Assembly: GCA_964291625.2 (NCBI GenBank)
Contig: OZ220090.1
Coordinates: 352,001 to 416,000 of the forward strand
Source of the DNA: Candidatus Latescibacterota bacterium
GTDB lineage: Bacteria; Latescibacterota; UBA2968; UBA8231
DNA: 64,000 bases
Direction of reading: 5' to 3'
Part shown: piece after piece, positions 38,048 through 48,715 of the stretch
Position numbering within the stretch: the first letter of the stretch is position 1
How the letters are laid out: the number at the start of each line of letters is the position of its first letter
The notes under the pieces: model-generated
The model's database searches: none
Seen by the model: only the letters and a program-made list of their open reading frames with translations
Told to the model about the DNA's origin: nothing
Translations under genes and position numbers: made by a program

Positions 38048-41000
38048 GTGAAGAAGCTCATCACCTTCGTGGCGGCCGGGGCGCTGCTGGGAGCCACCGG
38101 TGCCGTGGAAGGCCGCGGCCTCCAGGCCTACGGGGCGGCCAAGGCCGCCCAGGACGAGGCCAGACCCGGCCAGCAGGCCCTGATCAACGTCAACAACATG
38201 GCCATGTGGTTCCGGAGCGACGGCATGACCGGGCACAACCCTCTCAATGGCAATTCGGGCGTGACTTTTCCGCGCTCCACCGGCCAGGTCATCTACTGGG
38301 ACGGCCTGATCTGGGGTGGCATCGTCAAGGACGGCGATCCCCAGGAGTTGCGCGTCGGCGGCCAGACCTACGAGATCGGCACCGTTCCCGGCGGCATCGT
38401 CAGCCGGGGCGTGGCCGAGGATCCGGACGACCCCGGGGTGCGCATCTACCGCATCCGCCGGGACTTCCGGACCGCGGACCTGCGCCTCGACGTGTCCGAG
38501 ATGCAGGGGATTGGGCTGGGCGAGGTCACCGATGGTGACGTCGAGGAATTGCGGGCCCAGTACGAGCGCGACTGGCAGGAGTGGCCTTGGCAGAAGGGGG
38601 CGCCGTACTACGACAACGACGGCAGCGGCTCGTACGACCCGGATGTCGACGAACCGGGCGTGGCCGGGGCCGACCAGGTGGCCTGGTTCGTGGTCAACGA
38701 CCTCGCCGAGGGACCGGTCAACTCGCTCTACGGGTCCAAGCCCATCGGCCTGGAAGTGCAGATGCTGTTCTGGGCCTATGCCCGCACCGACGCCCTGGGA
38801 GACGTGATCTTCAAGAAGTTCACCGTCATCTACGAGGGCACGAGCGCCACCCCCGACACGGCCCGCATCGAGGACATGTACTTCGCCCAGTGGTCCGACC
38901 CGGACTTGGGCGACTTTGGCGACGACTTCGCCGGGTCCGACGTCGATCTGAGCCTGGGTTACGTGTACAACTCCTCGGACAACGATCACACCTACGAATT
39001 CTACGGGCTGGCGCCGCCGGCCGTGGGCTACGACTTCCTCCAGGGGCCTGTCGTACCGGTCTTCCTCAAGGACGAGAACGGCGACACCGTCCTCGACGAG
39101 CAGGGACAACCCGTCCTCGACACGAGTTCCCAAGCGATCTTCAACTTTGGCCTGCGTCCCGGCTTCCGCAACCTGCCCATGACCTCCTTCGTCTACTTCG
39201 CCGCCGGCTCGGCGATCAGCGATCCGGATCTTGGAGACTACGTCGGCACCCAGCAGTGGTACAACCTGCTGCGCGGCTTCCAGCCGCAGCCCGACATCGA
39301 CAATCCGGTGCCCTACACGAACCCCCTGACCGGCGAGGCCACCCTCTTCACCCTCGACGGCGATCCGACCACGGCCCAGGGCTGGAACGACGGCGTCCCC
39401 CTGCCCTCGGGAGACCGGCGCATCGTGCTGAATACGGGGCCTTTCGAGATGGCCCTGGGAGACACGCAGGAGGTGGTGGTGGCCCTGCTGGGCGGCATCT
39501 CCACCGACCGCCTGCGCAGCGTCTCCAAGCTCAAGTTCAGCGACCAGTTCGTGCAGGACGCGTACAACAGCTTCTTCCAGGTGCCGTCGCCGCCGGCGGG
39601 CCCCGACGTGCGGGTCACCGAGCTGGAGGCCCGGGTCCTGCTCGACTGGGGCTGGAACGACGAGGCGATCCGCCAGACCGAGGCCGATGACGGCTCGGGG
39701 TTCCTCTTCGAGGGCTACAACCTCTACCAGCTGCCCTCGGCCGAGGCCCCCCTCGACCAGGGGACCCGCCTGGCTACATATGACCTGGAGAACGGGGTCG
39801 CCGCGGTTCTCGGCATCGCCCTCGACGACGAGTCGGGGGTCATCCTGGAGGTGCCCCTTCAGGTCGGGTCCGACTTCGGGGTCCGGCGCCGGGCCTGGGT
39901 GACCCACGATGCCCTGCGCGGAGGCCCCCTGGTCAACGGTCAGGAGTACTACTTCGCGGTCACCGCCTACAACCGGAACACCGCCGAAGGGGCCGCCGTG
40001 ACCACCCTGGAGAGCAGCCCCCGGACGCTCATCTGCGTGCCCCGGAAGCCGCCCCTGGGGACCCGCTACGGCACCGAGGCGGACGACACCCTGCCTGTCG
40101 ACCACGTCGGAGGCAGCGAGGGAACGGTGGTGGTCAAGGTGGTGGACCCGACCCGCACCACCGGGCACTCCTATCAGGTCGAGTTCGGGGAGGAGGAAGG
40201 GGTGGTGGTCTGGGACCTGGTCAACACGACCTCGGGACAGACGGTCCTGGAGAACCAGACCGACCAGGCGGGATCGGCCTTCTATCTCCCCGATGACGGA
40301 TTCGAGGTGATGGTCTCCGGCCCGCCCCTCTCCATCAGGAGCTGGGAGTGGCTGCGCGACGGCGAGCCGAACAACGACGACCGCTGGCTCAGCGGGGTCA
40401 ACTGGGGAGGCAGCTCCTTCTTCGGCGGCGCCGACCTCGGGATGAACTTCTTCGGCAGCTCGATCACCACGGGGGCGGAGTTCGTCGCCGTCGAGATCCG
40501 CTTCAGCAACACGAACACCCAGAAGGCCTACCGCTACCTGAGAGGGGGAGACCCCAACTACGGATTCCAGGACTTCGTCGACGTGCCCTTCACCGTCTGG
40601 GACATCGACAGTGATCCGCCGAGGCAGTTGAACGCCGCCTTCGTGGAGAACAGCGAGTCCCCCGCCGAAGACGGCACTTGGCTCCCCGTCACTTTCGAGG
40701 AAGACCTCGGCGGGCGGGAGTACCTTTTCATCCTGAAGAGCGACTACAGCGACGAGTCACTGGCCCAATACGCGGAGAGCAACATAGCGGCCACCGCGGC
40801 AGACTTCGACGTCCTCTACGCCATGTGGCCGGTCCTGCGGCCCGGGCATGAGAATACGGAGCTGGCCGACGGCCAGGCCCTGCGTTTTACCCCCTACCGC
40901 GTCAACACCTCGGCCGATGTCTTCCGCTTCGAGGTGCCCGGCACCCTGTTCGATTCCGAGCAGCAGAAGGAGGACGTGGCCCTCATCAACGTCTTCCCCA

Positions 41001-41293
41001 ATCCTTACTACGGGGTCAACGAGGCCGAGACCTCCCCGTACAGCCACTTCGTTACCTTCAGCCACCTGCCGCCGAGGGCGACGGTGCGGCTCTACGACCT
41101 GGCCGGCAACCTGGTGCGGGTTCTGGAGAAGAGCGATCCCGCCTCGTTCCTGCGCTGGGACCTCAACAACCACAACGGCCTGCCGGTGGCCAGCGGCATC
41201 TACCTCGCCCACCTGGAGTTGCCCGACATCGGCGCGAACCGGACCCTGAAACTGGTGATCGTGCAGGAGCAGCAGTTCCTGGAGAGCTACTGA
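38048..41293 (+). CDS. Large exported protein with a C-terminal T9SS type-A-like/FlgD sorting domain
   Basis: Signal peptide; DNDGSGSYD Ca-binding-type loop; FEGY..Y and NGQEYYFAVTAY FnIII-like segment; C-terminal INVFPNPY...VRLYDLAGNLVR...WDL.N.NG.PVASGIY. Confidence 0.8.
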   Translation: MKKLITFVAAGALLGATGAVEGRGLQAYGAAKAAQDEARPGQQALINVNNMAMWFRSDGMTGHNPLNGNSGVTFPRSTGQVIYWDGLIWGGIVKDGDPQELRVGGQTYEIGTVPGGIVSRGVAEDPDDPGVRIYRIRRDFRTADLRLDVSEMQGIGLGEVTDGDVEELRAQYERDWQEWPWQKGAPYYDNDGSGSYDPDVDEPGVAGADQVAWFVVNDLAEGPVNSLYGSKPIGLEVQMLFWAYARTDALGDVIFKKFTVIYEGTSATPDTARIEDMYFAQWSDPDLGDFGDDFAGSDVDLSLGYVYNSSDNDHTYEFYGLAPPAVGYDFLQGPVVPVFLKDENGDTVLDEQGQPVLDTSSQAIFNFGLRPGFRNLPMTSFVYFAAGSAISDPDLGDYVGTQQWYNLLRGFQPQPDIDNPVPYTNPLTGEATLFTLDGDPTTAQGWNDGVPLPSGDRRIVLNTGPFEMALGDTQEVVVALLGGISTDRLRSVSKLKFSDQFVQDAYNSFFQVPSPPAGPDVRVTELEARVLLDWGWNDEAIRQTEADDGSGFLFEGYNLYQLPSAEAPLDQGTRLATYDLENGVAAVLGIALDDESGVILEVPLQVGSDFGVRRRAWVTHDALRGGPLVNGQEYYFAVTAYNRNTAEGAAVTTLESSPRTLICVPRKPPLGTRYGTEADDTLPVDHVGGSEGTVVVKVVDPTRTTGHSYQVEFGEEEGVVVWDLVNTTSGQTVLENQTDQAGSAFYLPDDGFEVMVSGPPLSIRSWEWLRDGEPNNDDRWLSGVNWGGSSFFGGADLGMNFFGSSITTGAEFVAVEIRFSNTNTQKAYRYLRGGDPNYGFQDFVDVPFTVWDIDSDPPRQLNAAFVENSESPAEDGTWLPVTFEEDLGGREYLFILKSDYSDESLAQYAESNIAATAADFDVLYAMWPVLRPGHENTELADGQALRFTPYRVNTSADVFRFEVPGTLFDSEQQKEDVALINVFPNPYYGVNEAETSPYSHFVTFSHLPPRATVRLYDLAGNLVRVLEKSDPASFLRWDLNNHNGLPVASGIYLAHLELPDIGANRTLKLVIVQEQQFLESY

Positions 41294-41304
41294 GGAGACC
41301 TGTC

Positions 41305-42330
41305 ATGACTCGCATCGAAAAGACCGTCCCCCTGCTGCTGGCGGGCCTTCTCTTCCTCGGAGGCACCCAGGCCGACGCGGCCGGGCGCGACCGCATCGGA
41401 ACCTCCGCGGCGCCGGAGCTGCTGATTCCGGTGGGGGCCCGCGGCATGGCCCTCGGGGGCGCTTCCATCGCCACCGCCTCAGGGGTCGACGCCCTGTACT
41501 GGAATCCCGCGGGACTCTTCCGGTCCGCCAACCGGGTCGATCTGATGGTGTCGACCATGGACTACATCGCCGGGATCCAGGTCAACTACCTGGCCGTGGG
41601 CAGCCACTTTTCCGGCCTCGGCAACCTCGCCGTGAGTATCAAGTCGCTGGACATCGGGGACATCCCGATCACCACCGAGGGCCAACCTGACGGGACGGGG
41701 GGCAGCTTCAGGCCGACCTTCTTCACCGTGGGTGTTCACTACGGCCGCGGTCTGACGGACCGCATCGGCCTGGGCACCACCCTTCACTACATCACCAACC
41801 GGGTCGACCGCGCCCAGGCGACGGGTCTCTCCTTCAGCGCCGGGCTCCAGTATCTCGACCTGGCCGACATCCCGGGGCTGGACCTGGGGGTGACGGTCAA
41901 GCACATCGGCCAGCGAATGAGGTTCGAGGGGCCGGGTCTGCTGAACCGGGGCGACCTGGGTACCCTGCGGCGCGGCCCTTCCTTCTACAACGTCGAGGCG
42001 AGCTCGGCCGATCTGCCCTCGATCTTCGAGCTGGGCCTGTCCTGGAACCGCCCGCTGCCGGGGATGGCGGAGCTGAACCTCAGCTCCGTCTTCCAGCACC
42101 ACAACTACAGCTACGACCAGTACAAGGTGGGAGTCGAGTACGAGTACAACGACTTCCTGGCCTTGCGAGGCGGTTTCGACTACGCCTCCGACGCCGAGGA
42201 CGACACCTACCTCTTCGGCAACAGCTTCGGCCTCGGGTTGGGCCTGGGCCCCGGAACCCTCGACTACTCCTACGGCGGCGTCGACCGCTTCGACGCGCTC
42301 CACACCTTCACCTTCCAGCTCGGCTTCTGA
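41305..42330 (+). CDS. PorV/PorQ family outer-membrane beta-barrel
   Basis: L.IPVGARGMALG, ALYWNPAG, GVEY.Y...LALRGG, DYSY, terminal F. Confidence 0.8.
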   Translation: MTRIEKTVPLLLAGLLFLGGTQADAAGRDRIGTSAAPELLIPVGARGMALGGASIATASGVDALYWNPAGLFRSANRVDLMVSTMDYIAGIQVNYLAVGSHFSGLGNLAVSIKSLDIGDIPITTEGQPDGTGGSFRPTFFTVGVHYGRGLTDRIGLGTTLHYITNRVDRAQATGLSFSAGLQYLDLADIPGLDLGVTVKHIGQRMRFEGPGLLNRGDLGTLRRGPSFYNVEASSADLPSIFELGLSWNRPLPGMAELNLSSVFQHHNYSYDQYKVGVEYEYNDFLALRGGFDYASDAEDDTYLFGNSFGLGLGLGPGTLDYSYGGVDRFDALHTFTFQLGF

Positions 42331-42364
42331 CTCCAGCTCCGTTTTCGAAACGGCCGCCGGTCCC

Positions 42365-45300
42365 ATGGGGACCCGGCGGCCGCGCCGTCGCCGTCCTGCT
42401 GTGGACCCTGCTGCCCTGGGGGTACGCCGAGGCCCAGTCCCAGGCGACCACCGGCGTGATCCGCGGTCTGGTGCAGGATCAGTTCGGCCGTCCCGTGGCC
42501 GGGGCCGGGATCGCCCTCCGGGAGAGCCGCACCAACTACGAGCGCAGCCTCGCCTCGTCGGACCTGGGGCGGTTCACCGCGGCCCTGCTGCCCCTCGGTT
42601 CCTACGAGGTGACCGTGCGCGCCCCCGGGTGGAGCGAGGTGCGCCGGACCGGGGTGCGGGTGCGCGTGGGGCAGACGGTGGAGCTGACGATCGAGCTCCT
42701 GCCGCAGATGGAGGAGGTCGTCGTCGAGGCCGCGGCGCCGGCGGTGGATGTCACCCGCAGCGGCCCGGCCACCCGCCTTCCGGAGGAGGCCGTGGGGGAG
42801 CTGCCCAACAACGGCCGCAACTTCCTCGACCTGACCTTGCTGACCCCGGGGGCGGCGATCGTCCAGGGCCCCGACGGCGACGAGCTGAGCATCGCCGGCC
42901 AGCGGGGCATCCACAACAACATCTCCGTGGACGGGGCCGACTTCAACAACCCCTTCTTCGGCGAGCAGCGCGGGGGCCAGCGCCCGGCCTTCACCTTCAA
43001 CCTCGACGCCGTCCAGGAGATGGTCGTCGTGCCCCAGGGGGCCAACGCCGAGTTCGGCCGTTCGAGCGGCGGCTTCGTCAACGTCATCACCAAGTCGGGC
43101 GGCAACGACCTGCGCGGCTCCCTGCACCTCTTCGGCAAGAGCTCGGCCCTGTCGGGCAAGGCCCGCCACGACGGCCTGGAGCGGGAGCCGGACTTCCGCC
43201 AGGGTCAGTTCGGCTTCACCCTCGGCGGGCCCCTGAAGAAGGACCGCGCCTTCTACTTCATCGCCTACGACCAGCAGGCCCTGCGCGACACCCGGCAGGC
43301 CGACGCGGAGCGCATCGACGCCCGGCTGCGCGCCTTCATGGACACCGCCTTCGACGGCGCCCTGGCCGGCGACTACGGCCCCATCGCCCGCACCGACGAC
43401 GCCCGGGCCCTGCTCGCCAAGGTCGACTGGCACCTCTCCGACCGCCACTACGCCACCCTCAAGTACAACCACACCCGGTCCGAGCAGGTGAACGGCACCT
43501 TCGACGTCGACTCGTGGGCGCGCAGCGCCAATGCCGTGGAGAGGGACTGGTCCCACGCCTTCAACGGCAGCCTGGTCTCGCTGTTGTCGCCGGCGGCGAC
43601 CAACGAGCTGCGCTTCCAGCTCTCCCGCGAGGACCGCCCGCGGCCCTACCGGGGCCCGGACAACCCCCGCACCGGGAGGCCCTTCCCGGACACAGCCATG
43701 GACTTCGACCACGGCTACCGCTTCGGGATGCCCTACTTCATCCCCGTGGAGTACCACGACACCCGCCTCCAGCTGCTGAACAACGTCTCCCTGGCCCGGG
43801 GCGGCCACCTCTTCAAGGCCGGCGTCGAGTGGAACCGCGTCGAGTCGGCGCAGACCTTCATCGGCTTCGCCAACGGCCGCTACATCTTCAGCTCGGTCGA
43901 GGGCTTCCTGAGCTTCGCCGAGCAGGGCCCCGGGTACGTGGAGTGCTCCGACGGCAGCACGGCTACCGGCGGAGACTGCCCCGAGGGTACCGAGATCACC
44001 GGACCGGTCCTGGTCTACCTGCAGCAGTCCGGCGTCGGCGGCCTGACCGTGGAGCAGGCCGGCACCCAGCAAATCCCGCAGCACGAGCTGGCCCTGTTCT
44101 TGCAGGACAGCTGGAAGGCCACCGACCGGCTCACCGTCGACTACGGCCTGCGCTGGGAGGCCCAGATCCAACCCGACCCGATCACCGATCCGGAGGACGT
44201 GTTCTACGCCGGCTTCATCGGCCGCGAGGTGACCAACGAGACCGGGAGCTACGAGTTCCCGTCCGACGGCCGCATCCCCTCCGACCGGGACATGCTCCAG
44301 CCCCGCCTGGGGGTGGCCTGGGACGTGCAGGGCGACGGCCGCACCCTGGCGCGCGCCAGCGCCGGCCTCTACCACGCCCGTATCCCCGGTCTCAACCTGG
44401 CCAGCTCGCGCTCGACCAACGGCTCCCGCGGACAGTCGATCTTCCGCTCCAGCGCCCTGACGCCGGTCCTGGGGCCGCCGCCGCCCTTCGGCGAGCTGCT
44501 TCCCGCGCCCCCCGGCGAACCGTTTCGCCCGAGCGTTTTCGTCTTCCACCGGGAGTTCGAGAACCCGCGCACCCTCAGCCTCCACGCGGGGCTCGAGCGG
44601 GAGCTGCACGCCTCGGTGGTGGGCTCCGTCGACTACACCCACGCCCGCACCGACGGCCTGACGCGCTTCGTCAACCACAACGACGCCGCCTTCGGCTCTC
44701 CGTGGTCCTCGGGCCTGGGGGCCGACGGCGGCAACGGCCTCGGGGACCTCACCGTGGTGGAGAGCACCGCCCGGTCGCGCTACCACGGCCTCGGCCTGGG
44801 CCTGCGGCGCACGGCGGGGGCGGGGGAGGTTCAGTTGCAGGTCAACTACACCCTGTCGTGGGACAGGTCCGACGACGACAACGAGCGCGACCCCTTCACC
44901 TTCCGCTACGTCGACCCCACGCGGCTGGAGCGCGAGTGGGGGTGGTCCGACCGCGATCAGCGCCACCGCCTCAACGCCTGGGCCCTGGCGCCGCTGCCCG
45001 GCGGACTGTTCCTCAACCAGCGTCTGAGCTGGTACTCGGCGCAGCCCGTCTCCGAGGCCTGCGGCGACGATGACCGCGGCACGGGCCAGCCGGCGGTCAA
45101 CCCCTGGGGCGCCCTCTCCGACCGCATCTGCCCGGACGGCACCATCCTCCGGCGCAACACCCTGCGCAAGGAGCGGGGGTTCTTCTCGTGGGACCTGCGC
45201 CTGACGCGGCCCATCCCGCTCGGGGAGGGCCGGCTGGAGGCGATCGTCGAGGTCTTCAACCTCCTCGACACCGACAACTACCGCGAGCCCTCGAGCGCCG

Positions 45301-45386
45301 GCCTGCTCTTCAACTTCGACGGCACCGTGCAGTCGGGCCTGGGAGACCCCCGCGAGGTGCAGGTCGGCCTGCGCTGCGCCTGGTAG
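42365..45386 (+). CDS. TonB-dependent receptor (Oar-like); probable 1-bp frameshift in the G-run at 42367-42370 within the signal peptide
   Basis: AQSQATTG.IRG.V.D, LP.NGRNFLDL.LLTPG, AEFGRSSGG..NVITKSG.N, QFGFTLGGP, PREVQVGLR. The signal peptide is in frame with 42456 but ATG 42365 is one base off. Confidence 0.85.
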
Positions 45387-45387
45387 C

Positions 45388-46623
45388 GTGGAACGTCTCG
45401 TCAGCCTCTTCGGCCTGCTGGTGATGGTCGCCCTGGCCTTCGCCCTGAGCGCCGACCGCCGCCGCGTCGACCTGCGCCTGGTGGCCGCCGGGGTGGGGCT
45501 GCAGTTCGTCCTCGCCCTGCTGGTCCTGAAGACGGGGCCGGGACAGGCCCTGTTCTCCCACGCCGGCGCCTTCTTCACCGGCCTCCTCGGCTACGTCGAC
45601 CTCGGCTCCCGCTTCGTCTTCGGCGACGCCTTCGAGGACCACTTCTTCGCCTTCAAGGTCCTGCCCACGATCATCTTCTTCTCGGCCCTCATGAGCGTCC
45701 TCTACCACCTCGGCCTGATGCAGCCGGTGGTGGCGGCCCTCGCCTGGGTCATGCGCCGCACCCTGCGGACCTCGGGCGCCGAGAGCCTGGCGGCGGCGGC
45801 CAACATCTTCATCGGCCAGACCGAGGCGCCCCTGGTGGTGCGGCCCTACGTGGCCGCCATGACCCGCTCGGAGCTGATGGCCCTGATGGTGGGCGGCTTC
45901 GCCACCATCGCCGGCGCCGTGCTGGCCGCCTTCGTCGGCCTCGGGATCGACGCCGCCCACCTGCTGGCGGCCTCGGTGATCTCGGCCCCGGCGGCGCTCA
46001 TGGCCGCCAAGGTGATGGAGCCCGAGTCGGAGGTCCCCGCCACCCGGGGGAGGGCGGCGGCGCGGGTGGAGCGCACCGCCGACAACGTCGTGGAGGCGGC
46101 GGCCAACGGCACCCTCGACGGGCTGCGGCTGGCCCTCAACGTGGCGGCCATGCTCATCGCCGCCCTGGGGCTGATCGCCCTCCTCGACGGGGTCCTGGGC
46201 TGGGCCGGCCGGGGCGCGGGCTGGGTCCTCGGCCTGGAGGGGATGGAGTGGTCCCTGTCGGCGGCCCTGGGCTACCTCTTCGCCCCCTTCGCCTGGCTCA
46301 TGGGCATCGAGGCCGCCGACTGCCTGCGCGCCGGCGAGCTGCTGGGCAAGAAGATGGTGGCCAACGAGTTCGTCTCCTACGTACAGTTGAGCCAATGGAT
46401 GCAGCCCGGCTCGGGGGTCGAGCTGAGCCAGCGCTCGGTGGTGATCCTGACCTACGCCCTGTGCGGCTTCGCCAACTTCAGCAGCATCGGCATCCAGATC
46501 GGCGGCATCGGCGGCATCGCCCCCGAACGGCGGTCCGACCTGGCCCGCCTCGGCTTCCGGGCCATGCTCGGCGGCACCCTGGCCTGCTTCATGACCGCCT
46601 GCGTGGCCGGGATCCTGCTGTAG
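45388..46623 (+). CDS. Concentrative Na+/H+ nucleoside transporter (CNT/NupC family)
   Basis: VLPTIIFFSAL..LYHLG, ANIFIGQTEAP, GGFATIAG, NEFVSY, YALCGFANFSSIGIQIGG. Confidence 0.92.
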   Translation: MERLVSLFGLLVMVALAFALSADRRRVDLRLVAAGVGLQFVLALLVLKTGPGQALFSHAGAFFTGLLGYVDLGSRFVFGDAFEDHFFAFKVLPTIIFFSALMSVLYHLGLMQPVVAALAWVMRRTLRTSGAESLAAAANIFIGQTEAPLVVRPYVAAMTRSELMALMVGGFATIAGAVLAAFVGLGIDAAHLLAASVISAPAALMAAKVMEPESEVPATRGRAAARVERTADNVVEAAANGTLDGLRLALNVAAMLIAALGLIALLDGVLGWAGRGAGWVLGLEGMEWSLSAALGYLFAPFAWLMGIEAADCLRAGELLGKKMVANEFVSYVQLSQWMQPGSGVELSQRSVVILTYALCGFANFSSIGIQIGGIGGIAPERRSDLARLGFRAMLGGTLACFMTACVAGILL

Positions 46624-46646
46624 ATTCCACTCCCGGAGGAGGAACC

Positions 46647-47330
46647 ATGGTGCCACCACGAGACTCGGCGGCCCGTACCGCGGGGTGGCTGCTGCTGCTC
46701 ACCGCCGCCGCCACCGTCCTGGCGGTCATCGGCCGGGTGGGCGCCACCGAGCTTGTCCCGCTGTACGACTCTCTGACCGCCATCGCCGCCAACCCGGGGC
46801 TCTACGGGTTCGGCGGCGCGGCCCGGCTCGTCTCGGGATGCACCCTCTACGTCGGGGCCTGGTACCTGTTGCGCACCTGGATCATGCGCCGGCGCCTCGG
46901 CTCACGGCCGGTGCCGGTGCTGCTGGCGATCTCCGGAGCGGCCACGGCCATCTCCGGCGCCTGTGCGGTCGCCCTGGCGGCCACCGCGCCCCAGCTCTAC
47001 TTCGTGGGCGAGTTCGAATACGTGCCTCCGCCCACGGTCGTGCTGCTGCACGCCACCTGGATCACCGGCAAGGCCGGGTTCAGCCTGGCCGGTCTGGCCC
47101 TGATCGCGGCGGCCCACCGCCAGTGGCGCGCCGGGGGCTTCCTGCAACCGATCGCCCCGGTCTCGGCGGCGATCGGCGCCGGCATGCAGCTCATCTGGTT
47201 CGGGGCCGCGGTGGCGGCCCACTACATCACGGGACCCGCCTTCGTGGTGTGGCTGACGGGCATCGGCATCCTGCTGGTGACCGGCCGCGTGGAACAGCGC
47301 TTCGCCGCCCTGGCGGAGGAGGGATCGTAG
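46647..47330 (+). CDS. Hypothetical membrane protein (about 6 TM helices)
   Basis: Strong RBS GGAGGAGG; alternating hydrophobic helices. Confidence 0.6.
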   Translation: MVPPRDSAARTAGWLLLLTAAATVLAVIGRVGATELVPLYDSLTAIAANPGLYGFGGAARLVSGCTLYVGAWYLLRTWIMRRRLGSRPVPVLLAISGAATAISGACAVALAATAPQLYFVGEFEYVPPPTVVLLHATWITGKAGFSLAGLALIAAAHRQWRAGGFLQPIAPVSAAIGAGMQLIWFGAAVAAHYITGPAFVVWLTGIGILLVTGRVEQRFAALAEEGS

Positions 47331-47331
47331 C

Positions 47332-48633
47332 ATGGAGACCCCGATGAACACGGATCGCCGCACCTTTCTGGGCCATCTCCTCGCCGCTGGCTGGGGGCTG
47401 GGCAGCGCCTCGCTCCTGCGCGCCCAGGACCTGGTGCCGCCCTCGGGCGAGGCCCGCAGGAAGATCGCCTTCCTCGGCACGGTGGTGCATACGCACTCGC
47501 ATTCCCAGCACTTCCTCGACCGCATGGCCATGGGGTACGGCTGGGGCGGGCACTGGCAGGAGCCGCGCCTCGAGATCGCCTCGGTCTACCTCGACCAGTT
47601 CCCGGAGAGAGACCTGGGGCGGCAACGTGTCGACAAGTACGGGCTGAGGCTCTATCCCAGCATCGAGGAAGCCCTCACCCTCGGCACCGGCCAGCTCGCC
47701 GTCGACGGGGTGGTCATCATCGCCGAGCACGGGGACTACCCCAGCAACGAGAAGGGTCAGAGACTCTACCCGCGCTACAAGTGGTTCAAGGAGTGCGTGA
47801 AGGTCTTCGAGCAGTCCGGCCGGTCGGTTCCGGTCTTCAACGACAAGCACCTCTCCACCGACTGGGAGGAGTGCGTCGAGATGGTGGAGGACTCCAGGCG
47901 CCTCGATTTCCCGTTCTTCGCCGGCTCCTCCCTTCCGGTCACGCGCCGCATGCCCTGCCTCGACATGCCCCACGGGACCCCTCTCGCCGAGAGCGTCTGC
48001 GTCGCCTACGGCGGCCCCGACAGCTACGACATCCACGCCCTGGAGACGGCCCAGTGCATGTCGGAACGCCGCCAGGGCGGCGAGGTCGGCATCCGGAGCG
48101 TCCTCGCCCTTCGCGATCAGGCGATGTGGGACCACGTCTTCCGCAGCGACCGGGCCGGCACCCGCCGCCTGATCGAATCCGCATTGACCCGCAGCCACAA
48201 CCTCCCAGTGAGCGGCGGCTACTACACCGACCCCATCACCTGCGAGTGGGCCCGCGACAACTTCGCCCGGGCCACCGGCTACTTCATCGAGCACCGCGAC
48301 GGGTTCCGCACCTCCATGTTCCTGGTCGGCATCCAGGACTTCAACTACGCCGGGCTTCGCGCCGATACAGGTGAGATCATCTCGACCCAGATGTATCTTC
48401 CCATGCCGACCCACGGCTCCACCACCGCCGACTTCTTCAACCCCCTCGTGCGGCACATCGAGGAGACCGTCCTCACCGGCCAGGTCCCGTACCCCGCCGA
48501 ACGCACCCTCCTCACCTCCGGCATGGTCATCGCCGGAGTGGAGAGTCTGCACCGGGGCGGCGTGCCGGTCGACACGCCGGAGATGGCGGTGCGCTACACG
48601 GTGGGGCCGGAATCGACCTACTGGCGGGGGTGA
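47332..48633 (+). CDS. Tat-exported conserved protein, Gfo/Idh/MocA-like oxidoreductase fold
   Basis: Twin-arginine DRRTFL; LAVDGVVIIAEHGDYP, VFNDKHLS, FAGSSLP, PYPAERTLLTSG. Confidence 0.65.
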   Translation: METPMNTDRRTFLGHLLAAGWGLGSASLLRAQDLVPPSGEARRKIAFLGTVVHTHSHSQHFLDRMAMGYGWGGHWQEPRLEIASVYLDQFPERDLGRQRVDKYGLRLYPSIEEALTLGTGQLAVDGVVIIAEHGDYPSNEKGQRLYPRYKWFKECVKVFEQSGRSVPVFNDKHLSTDWEECVEMVEDSRRLDFPFFAGSSLPVTRRMPCLDMPHGTPLAESVCVAYGGPDSYDIHALETAQCMSERRQGGEVGIRSVLALRDQAMWDHVFRSDRAGTRRLIESALTRSHNLPVSGGYYTDPITCEWARDNFARATGYFIEHRDGFRTSMFLVGIQDFNYAGLRADTGEIISTQMYLPMPTHGSTTADFFNPLVRHIEETVLTGQVPYPAERTLLTSGMVIAGVESLHRGGVPVDTPEMAVRYTVGPESTYWRG

Positions 48634-48641
48634 GGGGATCT

Positions 48642-48715
48642 GTGAGCAACGGCGACCTCAACTGGATCGCGAACTACATCTGGGGCATCGCCGACGACGT
48701 CCTGCGCGACCTCTA
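48642..48715 (+). pseudogene. hsdM: 5' fragment of type I R-M methyltransferase hsdM, interrupted by an IS
   Basis: Translates MSNGDLNWIANYIWGIADDVLRDL, which joins YVRGKYRDVILPMTVLRR on the far side of the IS. Confidence 0.9.
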
